A stretch of DNA of 64,000 nucleotides. It comes from Nitrospirota bacterium. GTDB taxonomy: Bacteria; Nitrospirota; Thermodesulfovibrionia; Thermodesulfovibrionales; JdFR-86. Within the stretch, counting starts at the first letter, position 1. The number at the start of each line of letters is the position of its first letter. Below are positions 8,857 through 18,266 of the stretch, one piece after another. Where the stretch lies: NCBI GenBank assembly GCA_963721805.1, contig CAVRJY010000002.1, forward strand, positions 224,001 to 288,000, in the 5' to 3' direction. The position numbers were made by a program, and so were the translations under genes. Under the pieces are notes generated by a model. The model was not told the DNA's origin, did not search any database, and saw only the letters and a program-made list of their open reading frames with translations.

Positions 8857-10458
8857 ATGAAGTTAAATGATCTGTCAATCAATAAGAAGATAGCGATCCC
8901 CATACTCGGCGTGATCGCGCTCGGGATCCTCGTCACCAGCTTCGTGACCTCGATGGCGACCAGGAAGATCGTGCTTGACGACGTGAGAAATACGACCCTG
9001 CCAGCATACAGGGATACGGTATTAAACGCGCTGACCACGTTGATGGTTACCGGATGCATGAAAGACGGCAAGCGGCCGTTCCTCGATCAGATGTCTCATA
9101 TCGCCGAGGTGAAGGTCCTGCGCTCCGAGGCGCTCGACAAGGACTTCGGCAAGGCGCGCCCCGAGGATTACCCGCAGAGCGATATCGAGAGGGAGGTCCT
9201 CGCGACCGGCGCGGAGAAGACCATAACGGACGGAGACCACCTGAGGGGCTATTTCCCCTACGTCGCGAAGTCCGACTCGATGGGGAAGGACTGCCTCAGT
9301 TGCCATAAGGTGCCGGAGGGCACGGCCCTCGGGGTCATAAGCATAGACGTACCGCTTTCGGCTTCGTTTACTGCGATAAGGAACCAGCAATACCTTTACT
9401 TCGGGCTCGGGCTGCTGGGCATAGCGGCAATATCCGTGCTCGTGCTGCTTATCACCGGCCGCACGCTAAAACCCCTGGGCCTGGCGGTCGAGAAGATCGA
9501 CCTCCTCTCGGCCGGGGACCTGCGCGTCGAGATAGAGGCGTCCTCCAAAGACGAGATCGGCGTGCTCGCGCACAGCATGAACAGGATGATCGGGTCCTAT
9601 AACGGCATGATCACGAGCATCATGTCGGCCGTGGGGGATGTCGTCGCGGCCGTCGACATCATGCGCTCGAGGGCGGAGCAGACCTCCGAGGGGGCCAGAA
9701 ACCAGTCAGGGCAGGCGCACCAGATAGCGGCCGCGTCCGAGGAGATGCACCAGACCATAGTCGACATAGCCAGGAACGCGACCACGGCCTCTGAGTCCTC
9801 GGCCGATGCGATGGAGATTGCCGAGAGCGGCAAGCAGATCACTGACATAGCGGTCGAGACGATTCAGGAGGTCAATTCGGCCTCGACCGAGCTGGCGACG
9901 ATGGTCAGGACGCTCGACGGCAGGGTGCTTGAGATCGGGAGCATCCTGACCCTGATCAGGGACGTGGCCGACCAGACTAACCTGCTTGCGCTCAATGCAG
10001 CGATCGAGGCGGCGCGCGCCGGGGAGCAGGGCAGGGGGTTCGCGGTCGTGGCGGACGAGGTCAGGAAGCTAGCCGAAAAGACGTTGAAGGCGACCGCCGA
10101 GGTCTCGGATAAGATTTCGAGAGTCCAGCAGGATTCGGTCGAGACGATGGCGGCGATGGAAAAATCCACCAAGGGCGTGACAAAGGCGACCGGCCACATC
10201 CAGAACCTCAACAACGTCCTGCAGGCCATCGTGGAGTCGATCCAGAAGGTCAGTGACGAGATAACCCAGATCGCGGCCGCGGTCGATCAGCAGTCGCAGG
10301 CTTCCGAGGAGGTCACGGCCAACATAGAGCGCTCATCCCTTATATCAAAGGACATGGAGGGGATGTCCGACGACGTGCTGCGTGAGGTCAACAGCCTAGT
10401 GCAGATCGCCGAGGAGCTGCGCAACTGCACCGCAGGGTTCAAGACTAAGGGCGGCTAG
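8857..10458 (+). CDS. Methyl-accepting chemotaxis protein with a periplasmic c-type heme sensor
   Basis: Two TM helices flanking a domain with CLSCH, then HAMP and the [34 protein letters not shown] hairpin. Confidence 0.93.
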   Translation: MKLNDLSINKKIAIPILGVIALGILVTSFVTSMATRKIVLDDVRNTTLPAYRDTVLNALTTLMVTGCMKDGKRPFLDQMSHIAEVKVLRSEALDKDFGKARPEDYPQSDIEREVLATGAEKTITDGDHLRGYFPYVAKSDSMGKDCLSCHKVPEGTALGVISIDVPLSASFTAIRNQQYLYFGLGLLGIAAISVLVLLITGRTLKPLGLAVEKIDLLSAGDLRVEIEASSKDEIGVLAHSMNRMIGSYNGMITSIMSAVGDVVAAVDIMRSRAEQTSEGARNQSGQAHQIAAASEEMHQTIVDIARNATTASESSADAMEIAESGKQITDIAVETIQEVNSASTELATMVRTLDGRVLEIGSILTLIRDVADQTNLLALNAAIEAARAGEQGRGFAVVADEVRKLAEKTLKATAEVSDKISRVQQDSVETMAAMEKSTKGVTKATGHIQNLNNVLQAIVESIQKVSDEITQIAAAVDQQSQASEEVTANIERSSLISKDMEGMSDDVLREVNSLVQIAEELRNCTAGFKTKGG

Positions 10459-10630
10459 CTAGTGCCTGGATGGCCACGGCCGACGAGGCTTGCAGCGGCC
10501 TCATTCTAGCCCCCTGTGCGCCTATTTTAAATATATCTATAGTTACGATGACATATTGATTTCTCTGTGCTGAATTGTTATCCTAAAGATTGAAATTTAG
10601 GCTGCCTATGGCTGTGCAGGGGAGGATTTC

Positions 10631-11956
10631 ATGTTCGGAAAGCGCAAAAAGGAACAGATGCGAGCGCTCGTAGACCGGATCGGCGAGAGGAACTGCATAG
10701 TGGACGACATCGCCAGCAACGGCGACGGTACGGCTTCGGCGCTCCGCTCTGCGATAAACGGCATAGGGTCCGCCCTGGACGACATCCTCTATAACACGAA
10801 CTCCGCGGTGGCCGAGGCCACGAAGCTTGACGCCGAGATCAGCAAGATCAAGCTGATGACCAAGAAGCAGAAGATGCAGACCGAGCGCATAGCCACGTCC
10901 TCGGAGGAGATGTCGCAGACCATAATAGATATATCGCGGAACTCATCGACCGCGTCCGAGGAGGCCAGAAACGCGGTTTCCATTGTAGAGCAGAGCCGCG
11001 CCAAGATGGAGCGCACGACCGAGCGCATAAGCTCCGTCATCACCTCGACCGAGGCGCTCAAGGCCTCTATCGAGAACCTCACGAAGCGCACCCAGGAGGT
11101 CGAGGAGGTCATCAGCTTCATCAAGGACGTCGCAGACCAGACGAACCTCCTGGCGCTTAACGCCGCCATCGAGGCCGCGCGCGCCGGTGAGCAGGGCAGG
11201 GGGTTCGCGGTCGTGGCCGACGAGGTCAGGAAGCTCGCCGAGCGCACGACCAAGGCCACGGACGACATAGGCAGGACCCTCAACCGCATAAAGGACGAGA
11301 CCGCGGTGACGAACACCTCGATGAAGGCCTCTATGGTCGAGGTCGAGGCCTCGCGCCACGAGATCGACGCTTTGAGGGTATCCTTCGGAGAGGTCATCGA
11401 CCATGTGCAGCTCACGCACGACAACATCACCAAGATCGCGACCGCGGTCGAGGAGCAGTCGGCGGCCACCGAGGAGGTGGCCCAGAGCGTCGAGGACACC
11501 CTGAAGATGGCGGTCGAGATCGACCGCGACGCCGATACCCTGATGAAGATAACCGACACGGTGCACGCAAACGCCAACGCGGCCGCGCAGGCTATAGAGC
11601 AGTTCAAGTTCGAGCCCGGCCGCAACTCCCTGATGGAGCGCGTGAAGGCCGACCACAGGCTATGGGTCAAGAGGCTCTACAGGATGTACCACGGGCTTGA
11701 GAAGATCGACAAGGTCGGTGGCCACCGCGAGTGCCGCCTTGGCAAGTGGTACTACAGCGAGGCCTCGCAGGCGGTGCAGCACATGCCTGCCTTCAGGGAA
11801 CTCGAACGCCCCCACGAGCAGCTCCATACGATGGCGCAGCAGTGCGTGGACATGTACAACCGCGGCCAGCGCGACCAGTGCCTCCAGAACATCGCTGAGA
11901 TCGAGCGCATCTCCAACGAGGTAGTCGCGAGGCTAGACGCCTTAAAGCACGGTTAA
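10631..11956 (+). CDS. Soluble chemoreceptor with a C-terminal CZB domain
   Basis: MCP signalling domain, no TM. HRLWV...[11 protein letters not shown]...H zinc-binding motif. Confidence 0.92.
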   Translation: MFGKRKKEQMRALVDRIGERNCIVDDIASNGDGTASALRSAINGIGSALDDILYNTNSAVAEATKLDAEISKIKLMTKKQKMQTERIATSSEEMSQTIIDISRNSSTASEEARNAVSIVEQSRAKMERTTERISSVITSTEALKASIENLTKRTQEVEEVISFIKDVADQTNLLALNAAIEAARAGEQGRGFAVVADEVRKLAERTTKATDDIGRTLNRIKDETAVTNTSMKASMVEVEASRHEIDALRVSFGEVIDHVQLTHDNITKIATAVEEQSAATEEVAQSVEDTLKMAVEIDRDADTLMKITDTVHANANAAAQAIEQFKFEPGRNSLMERVKADHRLWVKRLYRMYHGLEKIDKVGGHRECRLGKWYYSEASQAVQHMPAFRELERPHEQLHTMAQQCVDMYNRGQRDQCLQNIAEIERISNEVVARLDALKHG

Positions 11957-11994
11957 GGCAGGCTGCGCGCGCTATCCGTGGCTTTGCCGGTAAA

Positions 11995-14900
11995 TTAAAC
12001 GGGCCGGTCCGGCCCCAGCTTGGACCCCTTCCAGATCATGTAGATCGCCGGGTAGATCACGAGTTCCAGTATAGTGGAGGTCACAACGCCCCCGACCATC
12101 GGGGCCGCGATGCGCTTCATCACGTCAGCCCCCGCGCCGTGGCTGAACATGATCGGCACCAGGCCTGCCAGTATCACGCTTACGGTCATCACCTTGGGCC
12201 TGATCCTCTTTACCGCGCCGCTCATTATCGCTTCCTTCAGGTCCTCGCGGTGGCGCATCATGCCGCGCCGCACCGCATCATCGTATGCCATGTCCAGATA
12301 GAGCAGCATCACGACGCCGGTCTCGGCGTCGAGCCCCGCGAGCGCGATCAGCCCGACCGCGACCGCTATGCTCATGTTATACCCGAGCCAGTACAGCAGC
12401 CAGAACGAGCCCACGAGCGAAAACGGGACCGCCAGAAGGACGATGAAGGTCTTGGTCATGGACTTCGTGTTCAGGAATATCAGGACGAAGATGATAAAGG
12501 CCGTAAGCGGTATCACCAGCTTCAGCCGCTCGTAGGTCTTGACCATATACTCGTACTCGCCGCTCCACTCGATGCGGTAGCCCTCCGGGATCTTGAGCCC
12601 GGCGAGCCTGGCCTTTGCCTCCTCCACGTACCCGCCGATGTCCCGGCCGCCCATGTCGATATAGACGTAAGAGGTGATCAGCCCCTCCTCGCTCTTGATT
12701 ACGGTCGGGCCCCTGACGACCCTGATGTCCGCCAGTTCGACGAGCGGCACTTGGAGGACCTCTCCGGGCTCGGCAGGGAGCCCGTTATTCGTCGTGACGC
12801 CAGAACCGCTCATCGCTCCGCTGCCGGAGGAGCCAGCACGTGGCTGCATCACGGGGACGAGCACGCGCTTCAGGGCCTCGACCCGGTCGCGCAGCTCGCG
12901 CGCGTACATCAGGTGCACGCTGTAGCGCTCGCGGCCCTCTATCGTGGTAGTCAGGTTCGATCCGCCTATGGCGGTCTCGATGACGTTGTTTACGTCATCG
13001 ACCTGCAGGCCATAGCGCGCTGCTGCCTCGCGCTTTACCACGAAGTCCAGGAAATACCCGGTCGTCAGCCGCTCGGCATAGACGCTCCGAGTCCCCCGGA
13101 TGCCCTGCAGGCGCTTCTCTAAATCAAGCCCGATCTTCTCGAGCTCCCCGATGTCCGGGCCCAGCACCTTGATGCCCACGGGCGTGCGTATGCCCGTGGC
13201 GAGCATGTCGATGCGCGCCTTGATCGGCATAGTGAAAGAGTTGCTGACGCCCGGTATGCTCACCGCGTCGTTAAGCTGGTTTTTTATGTCCTCCACGGTG
13301 ATGCCGGGCCGCCACATGGACTCGGGCTTGAGGTTGATGACCGTTTCGAACATCTCCATCGGAGCTGGGTCGGTCGCGGTCTCGGCGCGCCCGGCCTTCC
13401 CGAATACCTGGCTGACCTCCGGGACCGTCATCAGCAGGCGGTCCTGCACCTGCAGCAGCCGGTCGACGGTCTGGATCGAGGGACCGGGCACGGTGATGGG
13501 CATGTAAAAGAGCGAGCCCTCATAGAGCGGGGGCATGAACTCCGATCCGAGCTTCATGTAAGGGTACGCGGTCGCGGCCAGCACGACGAGCGCGGCTATT
13601 ATTATGAGGTACCGGAACCTCAGCGCGAATGATGCTATAGGGTTATAGACCGTCCTCAGGAGCTTGCTTATCGGATTTCGGTCTTCGTGCACGATCTTGC
13701 CGCGCACGAATATGGTCATAAGCACGGGTGTGAGCGTAATCGCCAAAAACGAGGCGAACAGCATGGCGAAGGTCTTGGTGAAGGCCAGGGGCTTAAACAG
13801 CCTCCCGGCCTGCGACTGGAGCGTGAAGACCGGCAGGAACCCGACCGTTATCACGAGCATCGAAAAAAACAGCGACGGCCCTACCTCCTTGGCCGCCTCT
13901 ACTATAACGTCCGTGCGGCTTCCCGGCCGTCCCTTCTCGTCCCATTCCTCTAATTTCTTGTGTGCGTTCTCGACCATTATGATCGAGGCGTCCACCATCG
14001 CGCCTATCGCTATCGCTATGCCGCTTAAGCTCATGATGTTCGTCGTGAGGCCCAGATAATACATGCAGATAAACGATATGATGATCGCGACCGGGAGCGT
14101 TACGATCACGACGAGCGCGCTTGGGAGGTGAAACAGGAACACGAGGCAGACAGCGCTTACGGCGAGCGTGAGCTTGATGATCTCGTCTCTGAGCGTGTCG
14201 ATCGATCTATGGATTAGGTCGGAGCGGTCGTAGGTGACGACGAGGTGCACGCCCTTGGGCAGGCTCGGCTGGACGTCGGTGCGTATCCGCTCCTTCACGC
14301 GGTCGATCACGTTCAGGACGTTCTCCCCAAACCTTACGACCACTATCCCGCCCACGACCTCGCCCTTGCCGTCGAGCTCCGCGATGCCCCGCCGGATCTC
14401 GGGGCCGAGCTTTACCTGCGCGACGTCGCCCACGTATACGGGCGTGCCCTGGCCGTTCGTCCTGACCGGGATCTCCGAGATATCGGATTCCTTCTTGATG
14501 TACCCCCGGCCTCGCACCATGTATTCCACGCCCGACATCTCGAGCACCCGGCCCTCGACGTCGGCGTTGCTCTTCTTGATCGCCTCCATCACCTCGGGCA
14601 GGGTCACGCCGAACGCGGCCAGCTTGTTGGGGTCGACGAGCACCTGGTACTGTTTTACGAAACCCCCGATGCTCGCTACCTGCGAGACGCCCGGGACGCT
14701 CTCCAACGTGAGCTTGACGTAATAGTCCTGCATCGAGCGCAGCTGGGCGAGGTTGTACTGTCCGCTGTCGTCTTGTAGCGCATAGCTGAAGCCCCAGCCG
14801 AGGCTCGTCGCGTCCGGCCCGAGGACTGGATTGGCGCCCGGCGGGAGCTTGCTCCGGACCGCTTGCAGGTATTCGAGCACGCGGCTGCGGCCCCAGTAGA

Positions 14901-15207
14901 TGTCCGTGCCCTCGTCGAATATCACATAGACGAACGAGCTGCCGAGGAAGGAGAACCCGCGCACGACCTGCACGTGCGGGGCCGCAAGCAGGGTGGAGCT
15001 GATGGGGTAGGTGATCTGGTCTTCGACGAGGTCCGGGCTCTTGCCGGCCCAGTCGGTATAGATGATGACCTGCGAGTCGCTAAGGTCTGGGATCGCGTCC
15101 AGGGGGGTGCGCTTTAAGGCCCATATCCCCCATATGCAGAGCGAGGCCACGAACAGAAACACGAGGAATTTGTTTCGGGCGCTCAGCTCGATTATTTTTC
15201 CGATCAC
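11995..15207 (-). CDS. cusA: CusA/CzcA heavy-metal RND efflux permease
   Basis: PLDAIPDLSD, GPDATSLGW, AIGAMVDA, RIRPKVMT, MKRIAAPMVGG. Confidence 0.93.
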   Translation of the reverse strand: MIGKIIELSARNKFLVFLFVASLCIWGIWALKRTPLDAIPDLSDSQVIIYTDWAGKSPDLVEDQITYPISSTLLAAPHVQVVRGFSFLGSSFVYVIFDEGTDIYWGRSRVLEYLQAVRSKLPPGANPVLGPDATSLGWGFSYALQDDSGQYNLAQLRSMQDYYVKLTLESVPGVSQVASIGGFVKQYQVLVDPNKLAAFGVTLPEVMEAIKKSNADVEGRVLEMSGVEYMVRGRGYIKKESDISEIPVRTNGQGTPVYVGDVAQVKLGPEIRRGIAELDGKGEVVGGIVVVRFGENVLNVIDRVKERIRTDVQPSLPKGVHLVVTYDRSDLIHRSIDTLRDEIIKLTLAVSAVCLVFLFHLPSALVVIVTLPVAIIISFICMYYLGLTTNIMSLSGIAIAIGAMVDASIIMVENAHKKLEEWDEKGRPGSRTDVIVEAAKEVGPSLFFSMLVITVGFLPVFTLQSQAGRLFKPLAFTKTFAMLFASFLAITLTPVLMTIFVRGKIVHEDRNPISKLLRTVYNPIASFALRFRYLIIIAALVVLAATAYPYMKLGSEFMPPLYEGSLFYMPITVPGPSIQTVDRLLQVQDRLLMTVPEVSQVFGKAGRAETATDPAPMEMFETVINLKPESMWRPGITVEDIKNQLNDAVSIPGVSNSFTMPIKARIDMLATGIRTPVGIKVLGPDIGELEKIGLDLEKRLQGIRGTRSVYAERLTTGYFLDFVVKREAAARYGLQVDDVNNVIETAIGGSNLTTTIEGRERYSVHLMYARELRDRVEALKRVLVPVMQPRAGSSGSGAMSGSGVTTNNGLPAEPGEVLQVPLVELADIRVVRGPTVIKSEEGLITSYVYIDMGGRDIGGYVEEAKARLAGLKIPEGYRIEWSGEYEYMVKTYERLKLVIPLTAFIIFVLIFLNTKSMTKTFIVLLAVPFSLVGSFWLLYWLGYNMSIAVAVGLIALAGLDAETGVVMLLYLDMAYDDAVRRGMMRHREDLKEAIMSGAVKRIRPKVMTVSVILAGLVPIMFSHGAGADVMKRIAAPMVGGVVTSTILELVIYPAIYMIWKGSKLGPDRPV

Positions 15208-15226
15208 GGTGCGGTTGCTCTGCTTC

Positions 15227-16366
15227 CTACTTCTCTACGCCACGGAGCTTTGCCTCGGAGTCTATGAGGAACGCCCCGGCTGCCGCGACGGGCTCGCCTT
15301 CGGTCAGGCCGTTGATGATCTCGACCCTGTCGCCGGCCTCAATGCCAGTCGTGACCTCGCGCGGTTCGAACTGCCCCTCGCCCTTATCCACGAACACGAC
15401 GTTCCTCACCCCGGTATCTATCACCGCGTCGGAGGGCACAGAGAGACGCGGCCCGAGCGGGACGCGGATCTCTACGTTGGCGTACATCTCGGGCCTGAGG
15501 TCCCCGCGGGGGTTCGGGAGCACGAGCCGCACCTTGGCGGTCCTCGTCTGGGTCGAGAGCACCGGGTAGATGAAGTCCACCTTCGAGTGGAAGACCCGGC
15601 CGGGATAGGAGGTCAGCGTGAGTTCCGCTGGCATGCCGGGCCGTATGTTCGCAAGCTCGAACTCATATACGTCGGCCAGCGCCCAGAGGGTCGAGAGCTC
15701 GGCCACGTCCACTATCTTCTCGCCGGGCATCACGCGCGAGCCCTGCACCGCAGCGCGCGCAACGACCACGCCGCTTACCGGGCTGTAGACCGAAAACGTG
15801 CGCTGTGGCGTGCGTTCTTTCGTCAGGCGGTCGATGTCCGCCTCCGAGATGTCCCAAAGCGCGAGCCTCTGGCGCGCGGCCTCGACCATGCGGCCCGCGT
15901 CGGCCTTCATCGGCTCGTCGTTTTTAGATGAGGCCTCGTCGGCCCACTTGAGCGCCGAGAGGTATTCGCGTTCGGTGGCTATGAGTTCGGGGCTGTAGAG
16001 GTCGGCCACGCGGCCGCCCTTCCTGATGTACATCCCGGTGGTGTTGGCGTACAGCCGGTCGAGCCATCCCTCGACCTTGGTCGTGACTGTCGCCAGCCGG
16101 GTCTCGTCGTAGTCAAGGCGGCCCACGGTGCGTATCGTGTGGGTGAAGTCGGCCTTCGTCGCGTTAACGATCTTCACGCCCATAAGCTGCTGCTTTTCGA
16201 CCGGTATATCGACCTCTTCGGGCGCTGCCTCCTCGGCGGCGGCCGGGGCATTGGCTGCCGGAGCCTGTGCGGCCTGCTGCTGCTTTTTATAATGCATATA
16301 ATAATAAGACCCCGCTATCGCGGCTGCTATCAGAATTACAAGTGCTATCAATGCCGGTCGCTTCAT
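15227..16366 (-). CDS. cusB: RND periplasmic adaptor (CusB-like)
   Basis: LYSPEL, TRTAKVR, LRPEMY, FLIDSE, adjacent to cusA. Confidence 0.88.
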   Translation of the reverse strand: MKRPALIALVILIAAAIAGSYYYMHYKKQQQAAQAPAANAPAAAEEAAPEEVDIPVEKQQLMGVKIVNATKADFTHTIRTVGRLDYDETRLATVTTKVEGWLDRLYANTTGMYIRKGGRVADLYSPELIATEREYLSALKWADEASSKNDEPMKADAGRMVEAARQRLALWDISEADIDRLTKERTPQRTFSVYSPVSGVVVARAAVQGSRVMPGEKIVDVAELSTLWALADVYEFELANIRPGMPAELTLTSYPGRVFHSKVDFIYPVLSTQTRTAKVRLVLPNPRGDLRPEMYANVEIRVPLGPRLSVPSDAVIDTGVRNVVFVDKGEGQFEPREVTTGIEAGDRVEIINGLTEGEPVAAAGAFLIDSEAKLRGVEK

Positions 16367-17655
16367 TTCCCCTCCCCCGCGCCATGCTGCTCCATGCCGG
16401 TCATCCCGGCCGAGGCCTCAAGCCTGATCGCGGCCTTCTGGCGCGCGGCGTACTGCTCCCAGTATTGCAGTTCCGATTCCGCCACGCCCCGAAGCGCGTT
16501 GATCGTCTCGGAGGCAGAGCCCTTCCCCGAGGCATAGGCCTCAAGCGCGGAGTCGAAGCTTTGCCGGGCCCTGGGTATAAGCGAATCTTTGTAAAGCGAC
16601 ATCAGCGTATCGGCGGAGCGGGCCATGACGACGTTTTCGCGGATCGTCGAGGCGAGCATCTGGCGGGTGTCCTCAAGCTCAGCCCTCGCGCCTTCGGTCG
16701 AGGCGAGCGCCTCGTCCACGGCCGGGTTGAGCTTGCTTCCGTAGTAAACGGGCAGGTTGACCGTGCTGGTGAGCCTCCACATGTTGTTTAAAGGCTCGCC
16801 CCTGAAGGAGTACCTTGCGTCGAGCGTGATGTCCGGGTAGTAGTCCCGCTTGGCCGAGCGCACCCGGGCCTCGGCCGCGTGGACCATAGCCTCGCGCTCC
16901 CTGACCATCGGAGAGTGCGAGAGGTGCTCGGATATGTACTGGCCCGGATCGGCAGCGAGCTTCGCCATCGGGGGCTCGGCCGGATCGCCCTCGACCTCGG
17001 GTATGGATGAGCCCCGCCCGAGTGCCTGTACGAGCATCGCGCGCGCGGTGCCGGCCTGCTCGCGGAGCATGGCCTCGCGCTCCTTGATCACGTACTTTTC
17101 CTTTTGGGCCATCAGCGGCTCAAGCTGCATGCCCGATCCGGCGGAGTATCTGGCGAGCGCCGCGTCCTCGACGCGGCCGAACAGCTCCTCGAGCTCCGTG
17201 ACGGCCTCAAGCCCGCGCTCCGCGCTGTAAAGGTCGATATAAAGCTCGCGGACTCGCTCCGCGGCCTTCACGCGGGCTTCATTGGCCGCCGCTAGCGAGG
17301 CCTCGGCCTCGGCCTCGGCCGTGTCTTCCTTAAGCCCGAGCTTGCCGGGCCACGGGAACGTCTGCGTCAGGCCGACCATGGCCTGCGTGTCGGGGCTCTT
17401 GCCCCAGTTGTCCTTGCCGTTTTGCTCGTCCTGATACGCGGTCATGAGCATCGGGTCCGGGCGGACCGAGGACTGCGGCACCCTGCGCCCCGCGGCCCGT
17501 GCGCGCGCATCGGCCGCTAGCACCGCAGGGCTGTTGTGTACGGCCTCCTCTATGAGAGGGGCGAGTTCAAGCCCGGCGGCTGATGCCTCCGGGCTTGAAA
17601 GGAGTGACAGCGCGGCCGCGAGAGCGGCCGCGCATATGGCCATCCTACTGCGCAT
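16363..17655 (-). CDS. TolC-family outer membrane efflux protein
   Basis: Signal peptide, QTFPWPGKL, YYPDITL, helical repeats, operon position. Confidence 0.88.
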   Translation of the reverse strand: MRSRMAICAAALAAALSLLSSPEASAAGLELAPLIEEAVHNSPAVLAADARARAAGRRVPQSSVRPDPMLMTAYQDEQNGKDNWGKSPDTQAMVGLTQTFPWPGKLGLKEDTAEAEAEASLAAANEARVKAAERVRELYIDLYSAERGLEAVTELEELFGRVEDAALARYSAGSGMQLEPLMAQKEKYVIKEREAMLREQAGTARAMLVQALGRGSSIPEVEGDPAEPPMAKLAADPGQYISEHLSHSPMVREREAMVHAAEARVRSAKRDYYPDITLDARYSFRGEPLNNMWRLTSTVNLPVYYGSKLNPAVDEALASTEGARAELEDTRQMLASTIRENVVMARSADTLMSLYKDSLIPRARQSFDSALEAYASGKGSASETINALRGVAESELQYWEQYAARQKAAIRLEASAGMTGMEQHGAGEGK

Positions 17656-18037
17656 CGAGCGTGAATTTCACCGAGTATGTCTTGCCGCCGGTGGTTATCT
17701 TCGCCTTGGCGCCCCACGAGCCGGCCATCGAGACGTTCAGCACTCCGCTGTAGCCGTTGCCCTTCTGCGTTAGCACGGTCTTGTAGTTCATCGCCGGCAT
17801 GCCGGACATCGCGGGCATCCCGTACTCGACGACGACCGTAGCATCCTTGACGAACTTGCCCATCTTGTCCGCGATCTCGACGGTTACCGTGTTTTCGCCG
17901 ACCACGGGCGGGTTTTTGTCGAGCCTCACGACCACGGTGTTGCTCCCGGCGGCCTTCTTGACCTCGAAGTCCTTTGCATAGGCCATGCCGGCCCATAGCG
18001 CGATTACCATCGTTAAGGCCAGAGTCTTTTTAAGCAT
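17645..18037 (-). CDS. Periplasmic FixH/YtkA-like Met-rich metal chaperone
   Basis: Signal peptide, PPVVGEN, MPAMSGMPAM, SMAGSW. First gene of the cus operon. Confidence 0.75.
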   Translation of the reverse strand: MLKKTLALTMVIALWAGMAYAKDFEVKKAAGSNTVVVRLDKNPPVVGENTVTVEIADKMGKFVKDATVVVEYGMPAMSGMPAMNYKTVLTQKGNGYSGVLNVSMAGSWGAKAKITTGGKTYSVKFTLDAQ

Positions 18038-18266
18038 TGTCTGCGTCCTCCTTGCGATAGATTATTACACATTATGGCGGCCGTCAACACGCCATATTTA
18101 AATTATAAATAAGCGGGTGCGAATAGTCTATGAAAGAGTAGTGAATTAATTGTGAATTAGCATTCGTGCTATGCTCATGCTCAGCGATGCCCGCGGTTGT
18201 CCCTGGGCTTGACAGCCTGGGCGTCTCGTTAGATGATTGTGGCTATAACGCAGGCATGGAGGGCAG

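Noticed and set aside
10021..11240. Near-identical DNA stretch shared by the two MCP genes
   Set aside because: It encodes the universally conserved MCP hairpin tip, so protein constraint explains it.
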